DNA of 64,000 nt from Leptolyngbyaceae cyanobacterium (GCA_965263355.1 CBDHHL010000056.1:1792001-1856000), one strand, 5' to 3'. Positions 33,978-44,416 are shown, counted from the first letter of the stretch. Notes: generated by a model not told the origin, from the letters alone. Program-made: numbers and translations.

Positions 33978-35165
33978 ATGCAGATCTATTTAGACTACAG
34001 TGCTACTACGCCGCCACGGGCAGAGGTAATTAAGGCGATGGCATCGGCTATGCAATATGGCTGGGGTAATCCATCGAGCTTACACAGTTGGGGTGGTCAA
34101 GCCGCTACGGTGATGGAAACGGCACGGATGCAGGTGGCGGAGTTGATTGGTGCGCCTGCAAATGGGGTTGTTTTTACGGCCAGTGGAACTGAGGCGAATA
34201 ATCTGGCGATTATGGGGGTGGCGCGACAGTATCGTAAGCCGCGCCATATGATTATTTCGGCGGTGGAGCATTCTGCGATCGCAAAACCCGCTACCTTCCT
34301 GGAACAGCAGGGTTGGCAAATCACTCATTTGCCAGTCAATAGCTATGGCCAGGTACATCCATCAGATTTAGCCAAGGCTCTGCAAAAAGATACGGTGCTG
34401 GTGTCAGTCATTTATGGCCAAAGTGAAGTGGGCACGGTACAACCGATTACTGAGCTAGCCGCTGTCATTCAGGCTAGCGATCAGCTGTCTAAGCCTCTCT
34501 TTCATTCTGATGCTGTGCAGGTGGCGGGGCGATTACCTATAGATGTAAAGCAACTGGGAGTGGATTTACTTTCTATCTCTAGCCATAAGCTGTATGGTCC
34601 TCAAGGCGCAGGGGCACTTTATGTAAAACCAGGCACTGAGTTAATGCCATTGATTAATGGCGGTGGCCAGGAAAATAATTTACGTTCCGGGACTCAAGCA
34701 GTGCCAAGCATTGCTGGATTTGGTATGGCGGCAGAGTTAGCAAGCCAGGAACTCTCACAGGAACAACACCGATTGGTCAGATTGCGGAATTGCTTAATTG
34801 ACCAGTTACAAAGTCATCCTGAACTATCACTGACAGGGCATCCGCAGCAGCGGTTACCTCACCATGTCAGTTTTTATCTACCCAATGCGGATGGTCAAAG
34901 GGTCTCCGGTAAGACGCTAGTACGTCAGTTAAATTCGGCAGGAATCGGTATTAGTGCAGGCTCAGCTTGCCACAGCGGCAAACTGACACCAAGCCCAATT
35001 TTGCAAGCCATGGGATTTAGTGATGCAGCCGCAAAGACTGGCATTCGTCTGACCCTGGGACATCAGACTACAAAAGCGGATGTGGATTGGACTGTGATGG
35101 TGCTGAGACAGATTGTTGAGCGAGTGATGGTGAGTCAACCTGTCGCCGTCGCCGGGCTCACATGA
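33978..35165 (+). CDS. iscS: Cysteine desulfurase (IscS/NifS family)
   Basis: YLDYSATT, GNPSSLH, SSHKLYGP (PLP Lys), RSGT, SAGSAC. Confidence 0.92.
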   Translation: MQIYLDYSATTPPRAEVIKAMASAMQYGWGNPSSLHSWGGQAATVMETARMQVAELIGAPANGVVFTASGTEANNLAIMGVARQYRKPRHMIISAVEHSAIAKPATFLEQQGWQITHLPVNSYGQVHPSDLAKALQKDTVLVSVIYGQSEVGTVQPITELAAVIQASDQLSKPLFHSDAVQVAGRLPIDVKQLGVDLLSISSHKLYGPQGAGALYVKPGTELMPLINGGGQENNLRSGTQAVPSIAGFGMAAELASQELSQEQHRLVRLRNCLIDQLQSHPELSLTGHPQQRLPHHVSFYLPNADGQRVSGKTLVRQLNSAGIGISAGSACHSGKLTPSPILQAMGFSDAAAKTGIRLTLGHQTTKADVDWTVMVLRQIVERVMVSQPVAVAGLT

Positions 35166-35226
35166 GAAGCTGGATCTTGCAATACATCCACCACCAGACT
35201 TGGTAATTGAAATTGCCTAAACGAGT
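35164..35226 (+). pseudogene. Uma2-family fragment
   Basis: Reads EKLDLAIHPPPDLVIEIA*TS, matching the PPPDLVIEID.TS motif. Confidence 0.65.
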
Positions 35227-35300
35227 ACAAAACGTTTTATCGTCTTAATCTCTGAATAGCTCACCACCAGTTGGTTTGCGATCCTACGGATAGAGCTATA

Positions 35301-35351
35301 GGGATAGTAGAAATCATTCGAGTACTCCACGGTGCTCAAAATCTTGAATAA
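35301..35351 (+). pseudogene. RelE/ParE toxin C-terminal fragment
   Basis: Reads GIVEIIRVLHGAQNLE*, matching the VEI.RVLHG.RD terminus. Confidence 0.6.
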
Positions 35352-35452
35352 ATTCGAGATCCGGACTTTTCCCAGTAAGAATAAACCCCTGAAGCTACTC
35401 AAAAAGTCAGATAATTAAAAGCGATTGTTTGTTAAAAACGAAAAATCTGACC

Positions 35453-36166
35453 ATGTCTAACCTGCCGAAGAGCCTTGAGGAAACCATCGATCAAGCCATT
35501 GCCTCTACGAAGGCTGCTATTGAAGATGGCGTTACCCGCCTGCAGGTGGAAATGGTTATCCCTGAACTCAAACAGCAGCCAATTGCTAAACGATTTCTTA
35601 GCCTGTTTGAAGATTTAGGCCTACAGTTTAAGGTCTTATTTCCTGATGCTGGAGCTGCTGCCCTGGCTAAACGCGACTGGGATAATCCAGACTTCATCAT
35701 TCGCGGCATCAATGAAATCCAATCAGCCATCGAGCCAGACGATGAAGCGATTCTGGTAGTCAACCCATCTGCTGTCGAAGTTCAAGACGTTGAAAAACTC
35801 TGCAACGACGCTCAAGATCGCCCGGTTATTATTCTCAATCCCACACTAGAAGACGTCAGCATTGTTGGTATCGGCTACGCCGCCCGTCAGTTAAGGGAAC
35901 GATTTTTGAGTACCTTGACCTCCTGCTACTATTACCGTCCCATGGAAAGCGCAGCCGTATTGCGATGTCACCCCGGTGGATGGCAAGTTTGGCAGGATAT
36001 GGGCGACCAATATGAACTTCAAGCTGAACTCCCAGAGCGCCCCTCCAGTGAGATATTAGAAAAAATCCTCTACGCTGACGAAGAGTCAAACAGTAGTGCA
36101 GCTCCTAAACCCAAGAAAAGTTTACTGGGTGAAGTCCAGAAATTCCTGCGTGCACTGAGCCAGTAA
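35453..36166 (+). CDS. DUF1995 family protein
   Basis: LPKSLEE..Q..A..DG.TRL.VE..PEL, FPDAGAAALA.RDW, VGIGYAARQLRERF. Confidence 0.88.
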   Translation: MSNLPKSLEETIDQAIASTKAAIEDGVTRLQVEMVIPELKQQPIAKRFLSLFEDLGLQFKVLFPDAGAAALAKRDWDNPDFIIRGINEIQSAIEPDDEAILVVNPSAVEVQDVEKLCNDAQDRPVIILNPTLEDVSIVGIGYAARQLRERFLSTLTSCYYYRPMESAAVLRCHPGGWQVWQDMGDQYELQAELPERPSSEILEKILYADEESNSSAAPKPKKSLLGEVQKFLRALSQ

Positions 36167-36186
36167 AAACCAAAAATAGATCTGGT

Positions 36187-36248
36187 GACTGAGCGGAGGA
36201 GTCGAAGGTACCACCCCGAGCGTACCTTACGACTTCGATCAAGGTACG
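36187..36248. repeat. Degenerate inverted pair of CTGAGC..GTCGAAG repeats
   Basis: gactgagcggaggagtcgaagg followed by CGTACCTT-acgacttcgatc-AAGGTACG. Confidence 0.55.
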
Positions 36249-36369
36249 TTTACCGCTTTTCGTCAAGACTCAGTACGGTATCCCGAAAACAAACACCGTT
36301 GTCATGCCAAGCAATCGCCCGCTAGAGTAAAAAGCAGACATGAGTGAATTCACAAATAGATAACTAAAG

Positions 36370-36936
36370 ATGGCTATAGGGCTGATTATTCTCTATTGGG
36401 TTCTGCTCATTGTCATGGCAGCTGGCATTATTGGTGCATTTCTTCCGGCATTCCCAGGTATTGGTCTGATTGTCATTGCTATTGCTATTTGGGGTGCGAT
36501 CGCAGGCTTTAGCAAAGCCGTCATCATCGCCTTGGGCACTGCCATCGCCATTTTGATTACAACTACCGTCATTGACTACCTGGCGGGCTACCTGGGGGCA
36601 AAGAAGGTCGGAGCCAGTAACTGGGGGCAAATTGGTGCCGTGATTGGCATGATTTTAGGCCTATTGGGGCTGTTGCCCGCCTTACCCATTGGTGGTCCAA
36701 TTTTTGGTCTTTTATTTGGCTCAATGCTTGGAGCCTTTATTGGTGAAATGCTTTACCGACGAGACCTACAGCTATCAGCAAGACTTAAACTGGGTGCAAA
36801 AGTAAGTTTGGCAATTATTGTCAGTTCCTTACTTGGCAACGTTATTGCCGGAATACTTTCTATCATTGCAACCGTAGTATTTCTAGTGGCAACATGGCCA
36901 ACTGTGATGTCACCCATACTGTCAATGCTCCCCTGA
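36370..36936 (+). CDS. DUF456 family membrane protein
   Basis: DYLAGYLGAKKVGASNWGQIGA..GP..G...GAFIGE. Confidence 0.9.
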   Translation: MAIGLIILYWVLLIVMAAGIIGAFLPAFPGIGLIVIAIAIWGAIAGFSKAVIIALGTAIAILITTTVIDYLAGYLGAKKVGASNWGQIGAVIGMILGLLGLLPALPIGGPIFGLLFGSMLGAFIGEMLYRRDLQLSARLKLGAKVSLAIIVSSLLGNVIAGILSIIATVVFLVATWPTVMSPILSMLP

Positions 36937-36947
36937 ACTGACCAATA

Positions 36948-37481
36948 ATGGCCCACCCAGAACACCTAGCAATATTACGCGCTGGGGCCAGAGTGTGGAA
37001 TCGCTGGCGTCAACAAAATACCCAAATCCGTCCGAATTTGAGGGCTGCAGATTTACAAGGCTCTGATTTAGCTGGGTTTAACCTACGGCTTGCTTACTTT
37101 AGCGGAGCAAACCTTAGTCGCGCCTATCTATTCGAGGCCAACCTCAGTGAAACTAATTTTCAAGGCGCTAATCTCAGCCACTGTTGCCTGATTGGGGCTG
37201 ACATGGAAAAAGCCTACTTTGCCGATGCGAACTTATACCATGCCTATTTATCCCAGGCAAACCTGACAGAGGTCTATTTTGGTCATGCCAACTTAGAAAA
37301 GGCCAATTTAACCGACAGTGTTGTCAATGGAGCTTATTTTGGCCAAGCCGACATCACAGAAACTGACTTTAGCAGTGCGAAAGATTTAGCCCCCATGCAG
37401 TTAAGGTTAGCCCATAATTTTGAGCTAGCTATTTTGGCTAAAGATGCTGTTGAAGATCCAGCACAACCCCTATTCGCTTAG
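36948..37481 (+). CDS. Pentapeptide repeat protein
   Basis: EHL.IL..G...WN.WR N-terminus, then A(N/D)LxG repeats. Confidence 0.92.
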   Translation: MAHPEHLAILRAGARVWNRWRQQNTQIRPNLRAADLQGSDLAGFNLRLAYFSGANLSRAYLFEANLSETNFQGANLSHCCLIGADMEKAYFADANLYHAYLSQANLTEVYFGHANLEKANLTDSVVNGAYFGQADITETDFSSAKDLAPMQLRLAHNFELAILAKDAVEDPAQPLFA

Positions 37482-37503
37482 GTTAAAAGCTCTGTAACTC
37501 TAG

Positions 37504-38703
37504 TTAAACGGTCACTGATGCCGGATAGCGTATACCCGCATTTTTCAGGCGTTGCAAGGCTTCCTGTAACCGAGCATTTTTGGCAATCAAACTAACCCGA
37601 ACAAACCCTTCACCGCCTTCTCCAAACGCACTGCCAGGGGTAACTACCACCCCCGTCTTTTGCAAAACATCCAACGCGAAATCAGCAGCAGTCATTTCTG
37701 GTGGGCAAGGCATCCATAAGTACATAGTGGCCTTTGTTTTAGGCACTGTCCAACCCAGCTCTGCTAAACCATCAATTAGATAATCACGCCGGCTACTATA
37801 GCGATCGCACACGTCCTCAAGATAGGAATCAGGCAGATTTAGGGCTGTTTCTGCCGCCGTTTGAATAGCCGAGAAAATACCATAATCCAGATTGGTTTTA
37901 AGGGTGCGGAGACCTTGAATGATATGGCGGTTACCGACCACAAAGCCCACCCGCCAGCCAGCCATATTGTAGGTTTTAGAAAGGGTGTGAAATTCAACGC
38001 TAAATTCTTTGGCACCAGGTATTTCAAGCACGCTGGTGGGTTGATATCCGTCAAAGGCTAACTCGGCATAGCACAGGTCATGGACCAGCATGATTTCATA
38101 GTGCTTAGCAAAGGCCACAATCTCTTCAAAAAAGGAGCGGGGCGCGGTGGCCCCAGTGGGGTTATTAGGATAGTTGAAGTAAAGCACCTTGGCTCGTCGG
38201 GCGACATCCTCTGGAATAGTGGAGATATCGATTAGCCAGTCGTTTTCTAGCGTTAACATTAGGGGATGAATATGGGCGTTTGCGATCGCAGGCCCCCGAA
38301 AATGTGCCGGATACGATGGTGTTGGTACCAATACCGTATCCCCTGGATCTAAATACGCTAAGGCTAAATGGGTCAACCCTTCTTTTGACCCCAGTAACGG
38401 CAGTGCTTCACCTTCAGGATCAAGAGTTACGCCATAACGGCGATGGTACCAGGCTGTAATTGCATTACGAAAACTAGCCGTCCCTTCAAACGGAGGATAA
38501 CCATGGTGATTGGGATCGGCTAACGCTTTTTGCGCCGCTTCGACCACTGGTGCAGGGGTGGGACCACCAGGATTCCCCATACCCAGATCAATTAAGTCTA
38601 ATCCCTGGGCTCGCGCATTGGCCTTAAGTTCATCCAAGCGCGCAAAGGCGTAAGGAGGCAATTGCTCAAGTCGCTGTGCTTTTTTCATCCAAGCTGGGGT
38701 CAT
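37504..38703 (-). CDS. Class I/II PLP-dependent aminotransferase
   Basis: DLGMGNP, LLGSKEG, NYPNNPTG, HDLCY, SKTYNMAGWRVG. Confidence 0.92.
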   Translation of the reverse strand: MTPAWMKKAQRLEQLPPYAFARLDELKANARAQGLDLIDLGMGNPGGPTPAPVVEAAQKALADPNHHGYPPFEGTASFRNAITAWYHRRYGVTLDPEGEALPLLGSKEGLTHLALAYLDPGDTVLVPTPSYPAHFRGPAIANAHIHPLMLTLENDWLIDISTIPEDVARRAKVLYFNYPNNPTGATAPRSFFEEIVAFAKHYEIMLVHDLCYAELAFDGYQPTSVLEIPGAKEFSVEFHTLSKTYNMAGWRVGFVVGNRHIIQGLRTLKTNLDYGIFSAIQTAAETALNLPDSYLEDVCDRYSSRRDYLIDGLAELGWTVPKTKATMYLWMPCPPEMTAADFALDVLQKTGVVVTPGSAFGEGGEGFVRVSLIAKNARLQEALQRLKNAGIRYPASVTV

Positions 38704-38718
38704 AGGCCTACCTCCTAA

Positions 38719-39867
38719 TCATGACGGTTGTGACGGTGATTTCGCTTTGGGTAATTGGGTTGACACATCGGTGTAACCACGACGACAAGGAGCTGTAGTA
38801 GACACCATGGCCGCCATTAACTGTTGAGGACTGACCTCAAACGGCAAGTGGTGAATGTCTGACTGAGGCTGACAGGCAAATTCAGCCGCCTGCCGTAACT
38901 CAATTAAGGACATTTCTCCTAATCCCAGATCGCCTAGGGTCATGGGCAACCCAATTTGGTCATAAAACCGCAGCAACTGCTGACGAGCAGCAACGGCCAG
39001 GGCATTGCCCGCTTCCATTTCCTCTAAACGCAGTTGAACTAAGATACCATAGGCTACTTTTTCGCCATGGAGCATACTATGGCTCGCTAGAATTTGGGTT
39101 AAACCATTATGCACTGCGTGGGCTGCAACCGTTCTGCACTGGGCACCCCCCATACCACCAATGACGCCAGCCATCAGCACAGAGGCATCTACGACCTCGC
39201 GCCAGTCGTCTCCACCTAAGTTTTCTAGGGCAGCGGCTGATTTTTGCAAGAGAATATCGCGCAACACTCGTGCCTGTTGCACTGCACCAATAATCATGGT
39301 TTGGGAGGAATGACCGCTACTAACGGAGGCTTCATACCACTTTGCGATCGCATCCCCAATCCCTGACACCAACGTACGTCTAGGAGCAGTCGCTATTAGC
39401 TCATAATCAAGCAATAGCAGATTTGGACAAATGGGCAGGCCCACATCATATCGAAATGCCCCCTGCTCAGAATAAACATTCGACAATGCGGTCCAGGCAG
39501 CACAGGTAGCAGCTGATGTAGGAATGGTAACCACGGGCAACTGCATTTGATAGGCCAACAGTTTAGCCGTATCAAGGGCTTTCCCCCCCCCGACACCAAT
39601 GATCAGATCAGCTGAGTGATCAGCCACAACCTGACGTAGCCGTATCAACGTCGTCTCACAACAGTCAGCCCGATACGAGGCTTGAGCCACATTAAGCTCA
39701 CTAAACATATCGGTTAAAAACGGCGCAGCCGTCTGTAAAGTGCGATCTCCACCCACCATCAAAGGGCGTTGACCTAACTTAGCAATCAGAGACACACTCT
39801 CAGATAAAATGCCTGAGCCACGCACCACCTGAGCGGGTGCCACCATTACCGTAGATAAGATAGACAT
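38719..39867 (-). CDS. gldA: Iron-containing alcohol dehydrogenase, glycerol dehydrogenase-like
   Basis: GVGGGKALD, PTSAATCA, GIGDA, AAHAVHNG, HGEKVAYG. Confidence 0.85.
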   Translation of the reverse strand: MSILSTVMVAPAQVVRGSGILSESVSLIAKLGQRPLMVGGDRTLQTAAPFLTDMFSELNVAQASYRADCCETTLIRLRQVVADHSADLIIGVGGGKALDTAKLLAYQMQLPVVTIPTSAATCAAWTALSNVYSEQGAFRYDVGLPICPNLLLLDYELIATAPRRTLVSGIGDAIAKWYEASVSSGHSSQTMIIGAVQQARVLRDILLQKSAAALENLGGDDWREVVDASVLMAGVIGGMGGAQCRTVAAHAVHNGLTQILASHSMLHGEKVAYGILVQLRLEEMEAGNALAVAARQQLLRFYDQIGLPMTLGDLGLGEMSLIELRQAAEFACQPQSDIHHLPFEVSPQQLMAAMVSTTAPCRRGYTDVSTQLPKAKSPSQPS

Positions 39868-40018
39868 AATTAACGTTTAGCCAATCTATAAAATTCTTGG
39901 ATCACCCAAATACAAATGAGCAAACCAGGTAAACCGAAAAGCTACATATTAGTGATTATTCGCGATTAGTGATCAAAAAGGATATTCCAGAACAGCAGCG
40001 ATATCATCTCAGTACAAT

Positions 40019-40534
40019 CTAACTTTTCTGAATTGTCGCTCGTGCCTTGGCCAACTCAGAATGGGAAAGAGTAATCCGATAACCTGAGTCAGACTCAGCA
40101 TCGGGCTGGACATTACCCAGGTACAAGAGATCTGAAATACCGGGATCACGATGAGCAATAGTGCGCGCACGAATCATCGGAGTCTGACTACCACTTAGTT
40201 GACTGGGATTAAATGACTTGATCGCCGCCTGTTGCAGGGTAGCTTCTAGTTGAACATCGGTAATGTCAGCAGGAACAGCAATTACAAGCTGCGCAGCACC
40301 TGAGTCAAATACCGTAGTGTAGGGTACCGACCCCTCAACTTCAGTTGTCACTAATGGTCGAAAACTAAGCCCAAACAGTCCTACGGTCAAAACACAACAA
40401 AAGCCAGTTGCTCCCACTAATCGAAAGCGTATTCCCCATTTAGGAATGAACGTCAGCGCTGCCAAAGCTGCAAAGGCTAATGTCGTGAACCCCATCCATT
40501 TGGTTGCCTCTAAAAAAAATTCGGGAGTTGGCAT
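40019..40534 (-). CDS. ycf51: Ycf51 family protein (DUF2518)
   Basis: WGIRFRLVGATGF..VL..G, QLEATLQQAA, IRART..H..PG. Confidence 0.88.
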   Translation of the reverse strand: MPTPEFFLEATKWMGFTTLAFAALAALTFIPKWGIRFRLVGATGFCCVLTVGLFGLSFRPLVTTEVEGSVPYTTVFDSGAAQLVIAVPADITDVQLEATLQQAAIKSFNPSQLSGSQTPMIRARTIAHRDPGISDLLYLGNVQPDAESDSGYRITLSHSELAKARATIQKS

Positions 40535-40621
40535 AGCAAACTAACGCTTTTGATATCTAATCAGCATAACGTTATTAATCGTATCAGTGGACACCTTTCA
40601 AACGATGAAAACCTTTTGATA

Positions 40622-40690
40622 AACAACATTTAAATTGAAACCTGGAGTTTCTTCCACGACAAAATTACAGTTCTGGACATGGACAAGGTT
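40622..40690 (+). mobile_element. MITE-like 69 bp element, copy C (left end degenerate)
   Basis: TA|AACAACATTTAAATTGAAACCTGGAGTTTC...TTCTGGACATGGACAAGGTT|CA; ungapped register with copy B. Confidence 0.75.
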
Positions 40691-40780
40691 CAAATGGATA
40701 TTTTTGGTCATCAAAGCATTTGTTAGGCAGTCCCAAGGCTAGGGTTCACTAAAGGATGTCTTAAAAACTCATCAGGATGC

Positions 40781-42190
40781 ATGCTGAAACGATATCAAGC
40801 AGGGTATCTCAGTCTGCTTATACTAGCCCTAAGTAGTCTGGGGTTGATTACCCTTAGGTGGAAAAGCTTTGGCAAGCCCAAACCGTTACCTCAAGATCCC
40901 CATATTCAAGTTTTCTTTAACCAAACAGAAACTAATACTTATAACGATCCCTATCGTCGTATCCAGCGGTCTGGAAACAATCTAGAGCAAATTTTAATAG
41001 ACGCTATTGGCCAAGCAACGTCATCCATTGATATAGCGGTACAAGAACTGAACCTACCTCAAGTAGCAAAAGCCTTGATAGATAAGGCTCAAGCTGGAAT
41101 TGTTGTGAGAGTAATTCTAGAAAATCAGTATAGCGACCCGTGGAGTAAACAAAATCTTAATTGGATTCGTCAACAGGACGAGCACAGCCGAGGAAAATAC
41201 GAAAATTTGTTTGCATTTGGTGACATCAATGGAGACGGCCACATTTCCTTAGATGAAGCAGTCCAACGGGATGCCATCCTGATGCTGCATCAGGCCAACA
41301 TCCCCATTGTGGACGACACCGATGACGGGACTAAAGGCAGCGGTCTGATGCACCACAAATTTATGATTGTGGACAATCAACACATAGTTACTGGTTCTGC
41401 CAACTTTACCCTCTCCGGTATCCATGGAGACTGGCTGATTCCTGAGAGTCGAGGCAATGCCAATGTACTGCTGCAGATTACCAGCCCAGAGTTAGCCACA
41501 GCCTATACTAATGAATTTAACTTGATGTGGGGTGATGGCCCTGGTGGTCAACCCAATAGTCTGTTTGGGTCACCCAAACCAGCACGACCACTCCAAACAA
41601 TTGCCCTGCCTAACAGCCAAATCTCAGTACACTTTTCACCTCACCGTACTGATACCCCGCAGGAACAAACAACGAATGGCGTCATTGAAACTATCCTCAG
41701 TCAAGCAACACAATCTGTAGATCTGGCACTGTTTGTGTTTACCGATCAGGCCATTGCTAATGCGCTAGCAACAAAATCCCAACTTCAATTACGCACATTA
41801 ATTGATCGTAGTTTTATTTATCGATATCATAGCGAAGCCTTAGACATGTTAGGATTCGCCCTACCTGACCATCGCTGTCAATATGAAAAAGACAACCGTC
41901 CATGGGACAATTCTATCCAAACGGTCGGTTATCCAGTGTTGGCTGATGGCGATAAGCTACACCACAAATTTGCGTTAATAGACAACCAAACCGTGATCAT
42001 CGGCTCTCACAACTGGAGCAAAGCCGCTAACCATAAAAATGATGAGAACCTGTTGATTATTGAGAACGCGCTTGTCGCACAACACTTCAAACAAGAATTT
42101 GAACGACTGTATAAACAAGCAGAACTTGGGCGTACAGAATATCTTATCCAGCAGACAAAAAAGATACAGGAGAAATGCAGCAATGGTTAG
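40781..42190 (+). CDS. Phospholipase D-family protein with two HKD motifs (cyanobacterial ComA-like)
   Basis: HHKFMIVD..TGSANF and HHKFALID..GSHNWS; N-terminal membrane anchor. Confidence 0.88.
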   Translation: MLKRYQAGYLSLLILALSSLGLITLRWKSFGKPKPLPQDPHIQVFFNQTETNTYNDPYRRIQRSGNNLEQILIDAIGQATSSIDIAVQELNLPQVAKALIDKAQAGIVVRVILENQYSDPWSKQNLNWIRQQDEHSRGKYENLFAFGDINGDGHISLDEAVQRDAILMLHQANIPIVDDTDDGTKGSGLMHHKFMIVDNQHIVTGSANFTLSGIHGDWLIPESRGNANVLLQITSPELATAYTNEFNLMWGDGPGGQPNSLFGSPKPARPLQTIALPNSQISVHFSPHRTDTPQEQTTNGVIETILSQATQSVDLALFVFTDQAIANALATKSQLQLRTLIDRSFIYRYHSEALDMLGFALPDHRCQYEKDNRPWDNSIQTVGYPVLADGDKLHHKFALIDNQTVIIGSHNWSKAANHKNDENLLIIENALVAQHFKQEFERLYKQAELGRTEYLIQQTKKIQEKCSNG

Positions 42191-42210
42191 CCCAACCACC
42201 CCCTATAACT

Positions 42211-43206
42211 CTATGTCTTATTTCTCTTTAGTTTTGTCTGGACACGCTTATAGAACAAATAAATCTGTCGCATACGAGTAAGACTAGGAATATCCGATGG
42301 ATACTGTTGTCGATAGTCAAAAAATTGATTGAGTTCTGTGAGAATAGTTTCAAGCCGAGGAATCAACTGTTCAGCACGATAGGGAGCAAAAAACTTCTCA
42401 GTTAGATGGCTGGGCTGCCAGTTTTCTAACACAGCGGCAATCCGCTGAACATCATACCCAGTAGCATAGCCGGCAATCTTGTGGCAGTTTACCCCAGGGT
42501 CAAGATAATCAGCCAGGGCATGATTGACGCTGGCAAACACCTGACAGCCAGAGGCTAGAGCTTCCATCGGTGGTAGCCCAAAGCCTTCCGTCAAGCGATA
42601 TTGAGCCCAATATTCTGCAGAATCATAAAGATAAATCTTGGCTCGATTAAATAAGGCTATGAGATCCTCTACAAATGAATCAATAACAACGACATTGAAT
42701 TTCTCTTTTAATGCAGGCACAAGTTGTTGGCTAACATAGTCAGACGATTTTCTTACTTGCACCAAAATATCAATATCTCGCTCTGTTTGGCGATTAGTGA
42801 CATTTGCAGGGAGCTGATTGGGTAGCCAGTAGATGAGTGAGTTTTGCGATCGCGCCCCCCAGTATCCCATCGTATTACGACTAACAGCCATAATCGGCAC
42901 CTGGGGTGGTACCGAAAAACCATAGCCTGAACTATGGGCATGGTATATCACATGACAATGGGAGAGTTTTTTAAGTTGTTTAGGAACATCAAACCCCCAA
43001 CTAACAACAAAAATACAACCATTCAGATCTACTTGCTGTAACAGATCGTCAATAAATAGATGATCCTCTTCTCTCTGTCGATAAGTGACGACATTTGCTT
43101 TACAAATCTGTTGCACTAGCTTCAACATGTTTAGTTCGGCAAAGAGGCCACCGCAATAAAACGAGCGAGTAGTGCCTGGTAGGAGAAAATAAAGCGCTCT
43201 CATCAC
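42211..43206 (-). CDS. GT-B glycosyltransferase (family 4-like)
   Basis: EGFGLPPMEALASG motif. Confidence 0.88.
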   Translation of the reverse strand: MMRALYFLLPGTTRSFYCGGLFAELNMLKLVQQICKANVVTYRQREEDHLFIDDLLQQVDLNGCIFVVSWGFDVPKQLKKLSHCHVIYHAHSSGYGFSVPPQVPIMAVSRNTMGYWGARSQNSLIYWLPNQLPANVTNRQTERDIDILVQVRKSSDYVSQQLVPALKEKFNVVVIDSFVEDLIALFNRAKIYLYDSAEYWAQYRLTEGFGLPPMEALASGCQVFASVNHALADYLDPGVNCHKIAGYATGYDVQRIAAVLENWQPSHLTEKFFAPYRAEQLIPRLETILTELNQFFDYRQQYPSDIPSLTRMRQIYLFYKRVQTKLKRNKT

Positions 43207-43420
43207 AAACAGATTATGGATCGCTCAGTATTTTACAGGATGGCAGCCATAGATATTGCAACCACTCAGTTATCAACTCAGCTTCTTAAGCTAATCCCCT
43301 AAGCACTCTCTAGCCTCTATTAATTTTGTCAATACCTCCCATCTATCCCATGCTTTGATGATTCCAAATTTCATCCATAGATTAAGAAATATGCAACACC
43401 TACCCTCTGAGGAGGTTCTG

Positions 43421-43714
43421 ATGAATACCTATCCTTCAAATTTGCAAGAACTTGAAATACAGCGCCGCCAGCTAGAGAAACTATGGCAGCCGACGTCAGC
43501 CCCAAAAATCAGACAAACCCCTAGTCACTGGTTACGCGCAGCGGGTCAATGGCTGCTGCAGGCGTTAACCGAAGGCGATCAGTTAAAAGTTTGGGAAAGC
43601 CAAACCAAACAAGGAAACCGTTGGTGTATTTACGATCCTATTGGTGATGCCCATCACCAGTTTGAATCTGAAGAAGCCATGCGTGTGTGGCTAGAACAAC
43701 GTTATAACCACTAG
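43421..43714 (+). CDS. Small conserved cyanobacterial hypothetical protein
   Basis: W.IYDP......FESEE.MRVWLEQRY; GAGGAGG RBS before ATG 43421. Confidence 0.8.
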   Translation: MNTYPSNLQELEIQRRQLEKLWQPTSAPKIRQTPSHWLRAAGQWLLQALTEGDQLKVWESQTKQGNRWCIYDPIGDAHHQFESEEAMRVWLEQRYNH

Positions 43715-43890
43715 TAATTGCTTACATCAGTTTAGGCTTGTGTGCTGTATCGTAGCCTGCAAGTCTAAGCTAACTATTTCGAAAACTTTTAAAGTGTTGC
43801 AAGGTAAGGTGATCTTTTGCAACCTTTGTTAACCCTCCTAAACGCCAAACGATTCAATAAATCATAGATGGCTCTTAAGGGGTGCTTCCC

Positions 43891-44337
43891 ATGTATATAA
43901 AATTAGCGCTTAGCACAGCTGTTTTAGGCACAGCAGCTGTAGCATTTGCTGGCTATGCGAACACTAGTGTAAGTACCAGTAGCCAGGCTTTATCAGACAC
44001 CTACGCCCAAAAATGCTCCGCCTTAGTGGATGCTGGTACAACAACAACGTTTGATATTAACGAACAGATTGCGATTCTCTCTGGCGAAAGTAGTTCGAAT
44101 CGACTACTCGCATTACGGGCGATTTGTAATGGCTATGGGTATGGTGGTAACTGGGGTGTAGAGGCCGATCTGCTAGTGCCTAATCGTCCAACGGCAGCAG
44201 CACCTCAAGCGATTACCACTAAGGAGTCGGATGCATTTGTTTATTTTAATGATCGTCTAATTGACAAAACTCCCCAGGCAGCAACACAGTTTGACCAACT
44301 ACCCCAGGATCGAATTGAGCTGATTGCTCCACTTTAA
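43891..44337 (+). CDS. Exported hypothetical protein
   Basis: Signal-peptide-like N-terminus, two Cys. Confidence 0.6.
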   Translation: MYIKLALSTAVLGTAAVAFAGYANTSVSTSSQALSDTYAQKCSALVDAGTTTTFDINEQIAILSGESSSNRLLALRAICNGYGYGGNWGVEADLLVPNRPTAAAPQAITTKESDAFVYFNDRLIDKTPQAATQFDQLPQDRIELIAPL

Positions 44338-44416
44338 TAGAGTTTTAAGGTAGGTGCGATCGCTAAGGCTCCGATTGACTGCGGTATAGTAATTGAGACA
44401 TTACTGGAAAAGTGCC

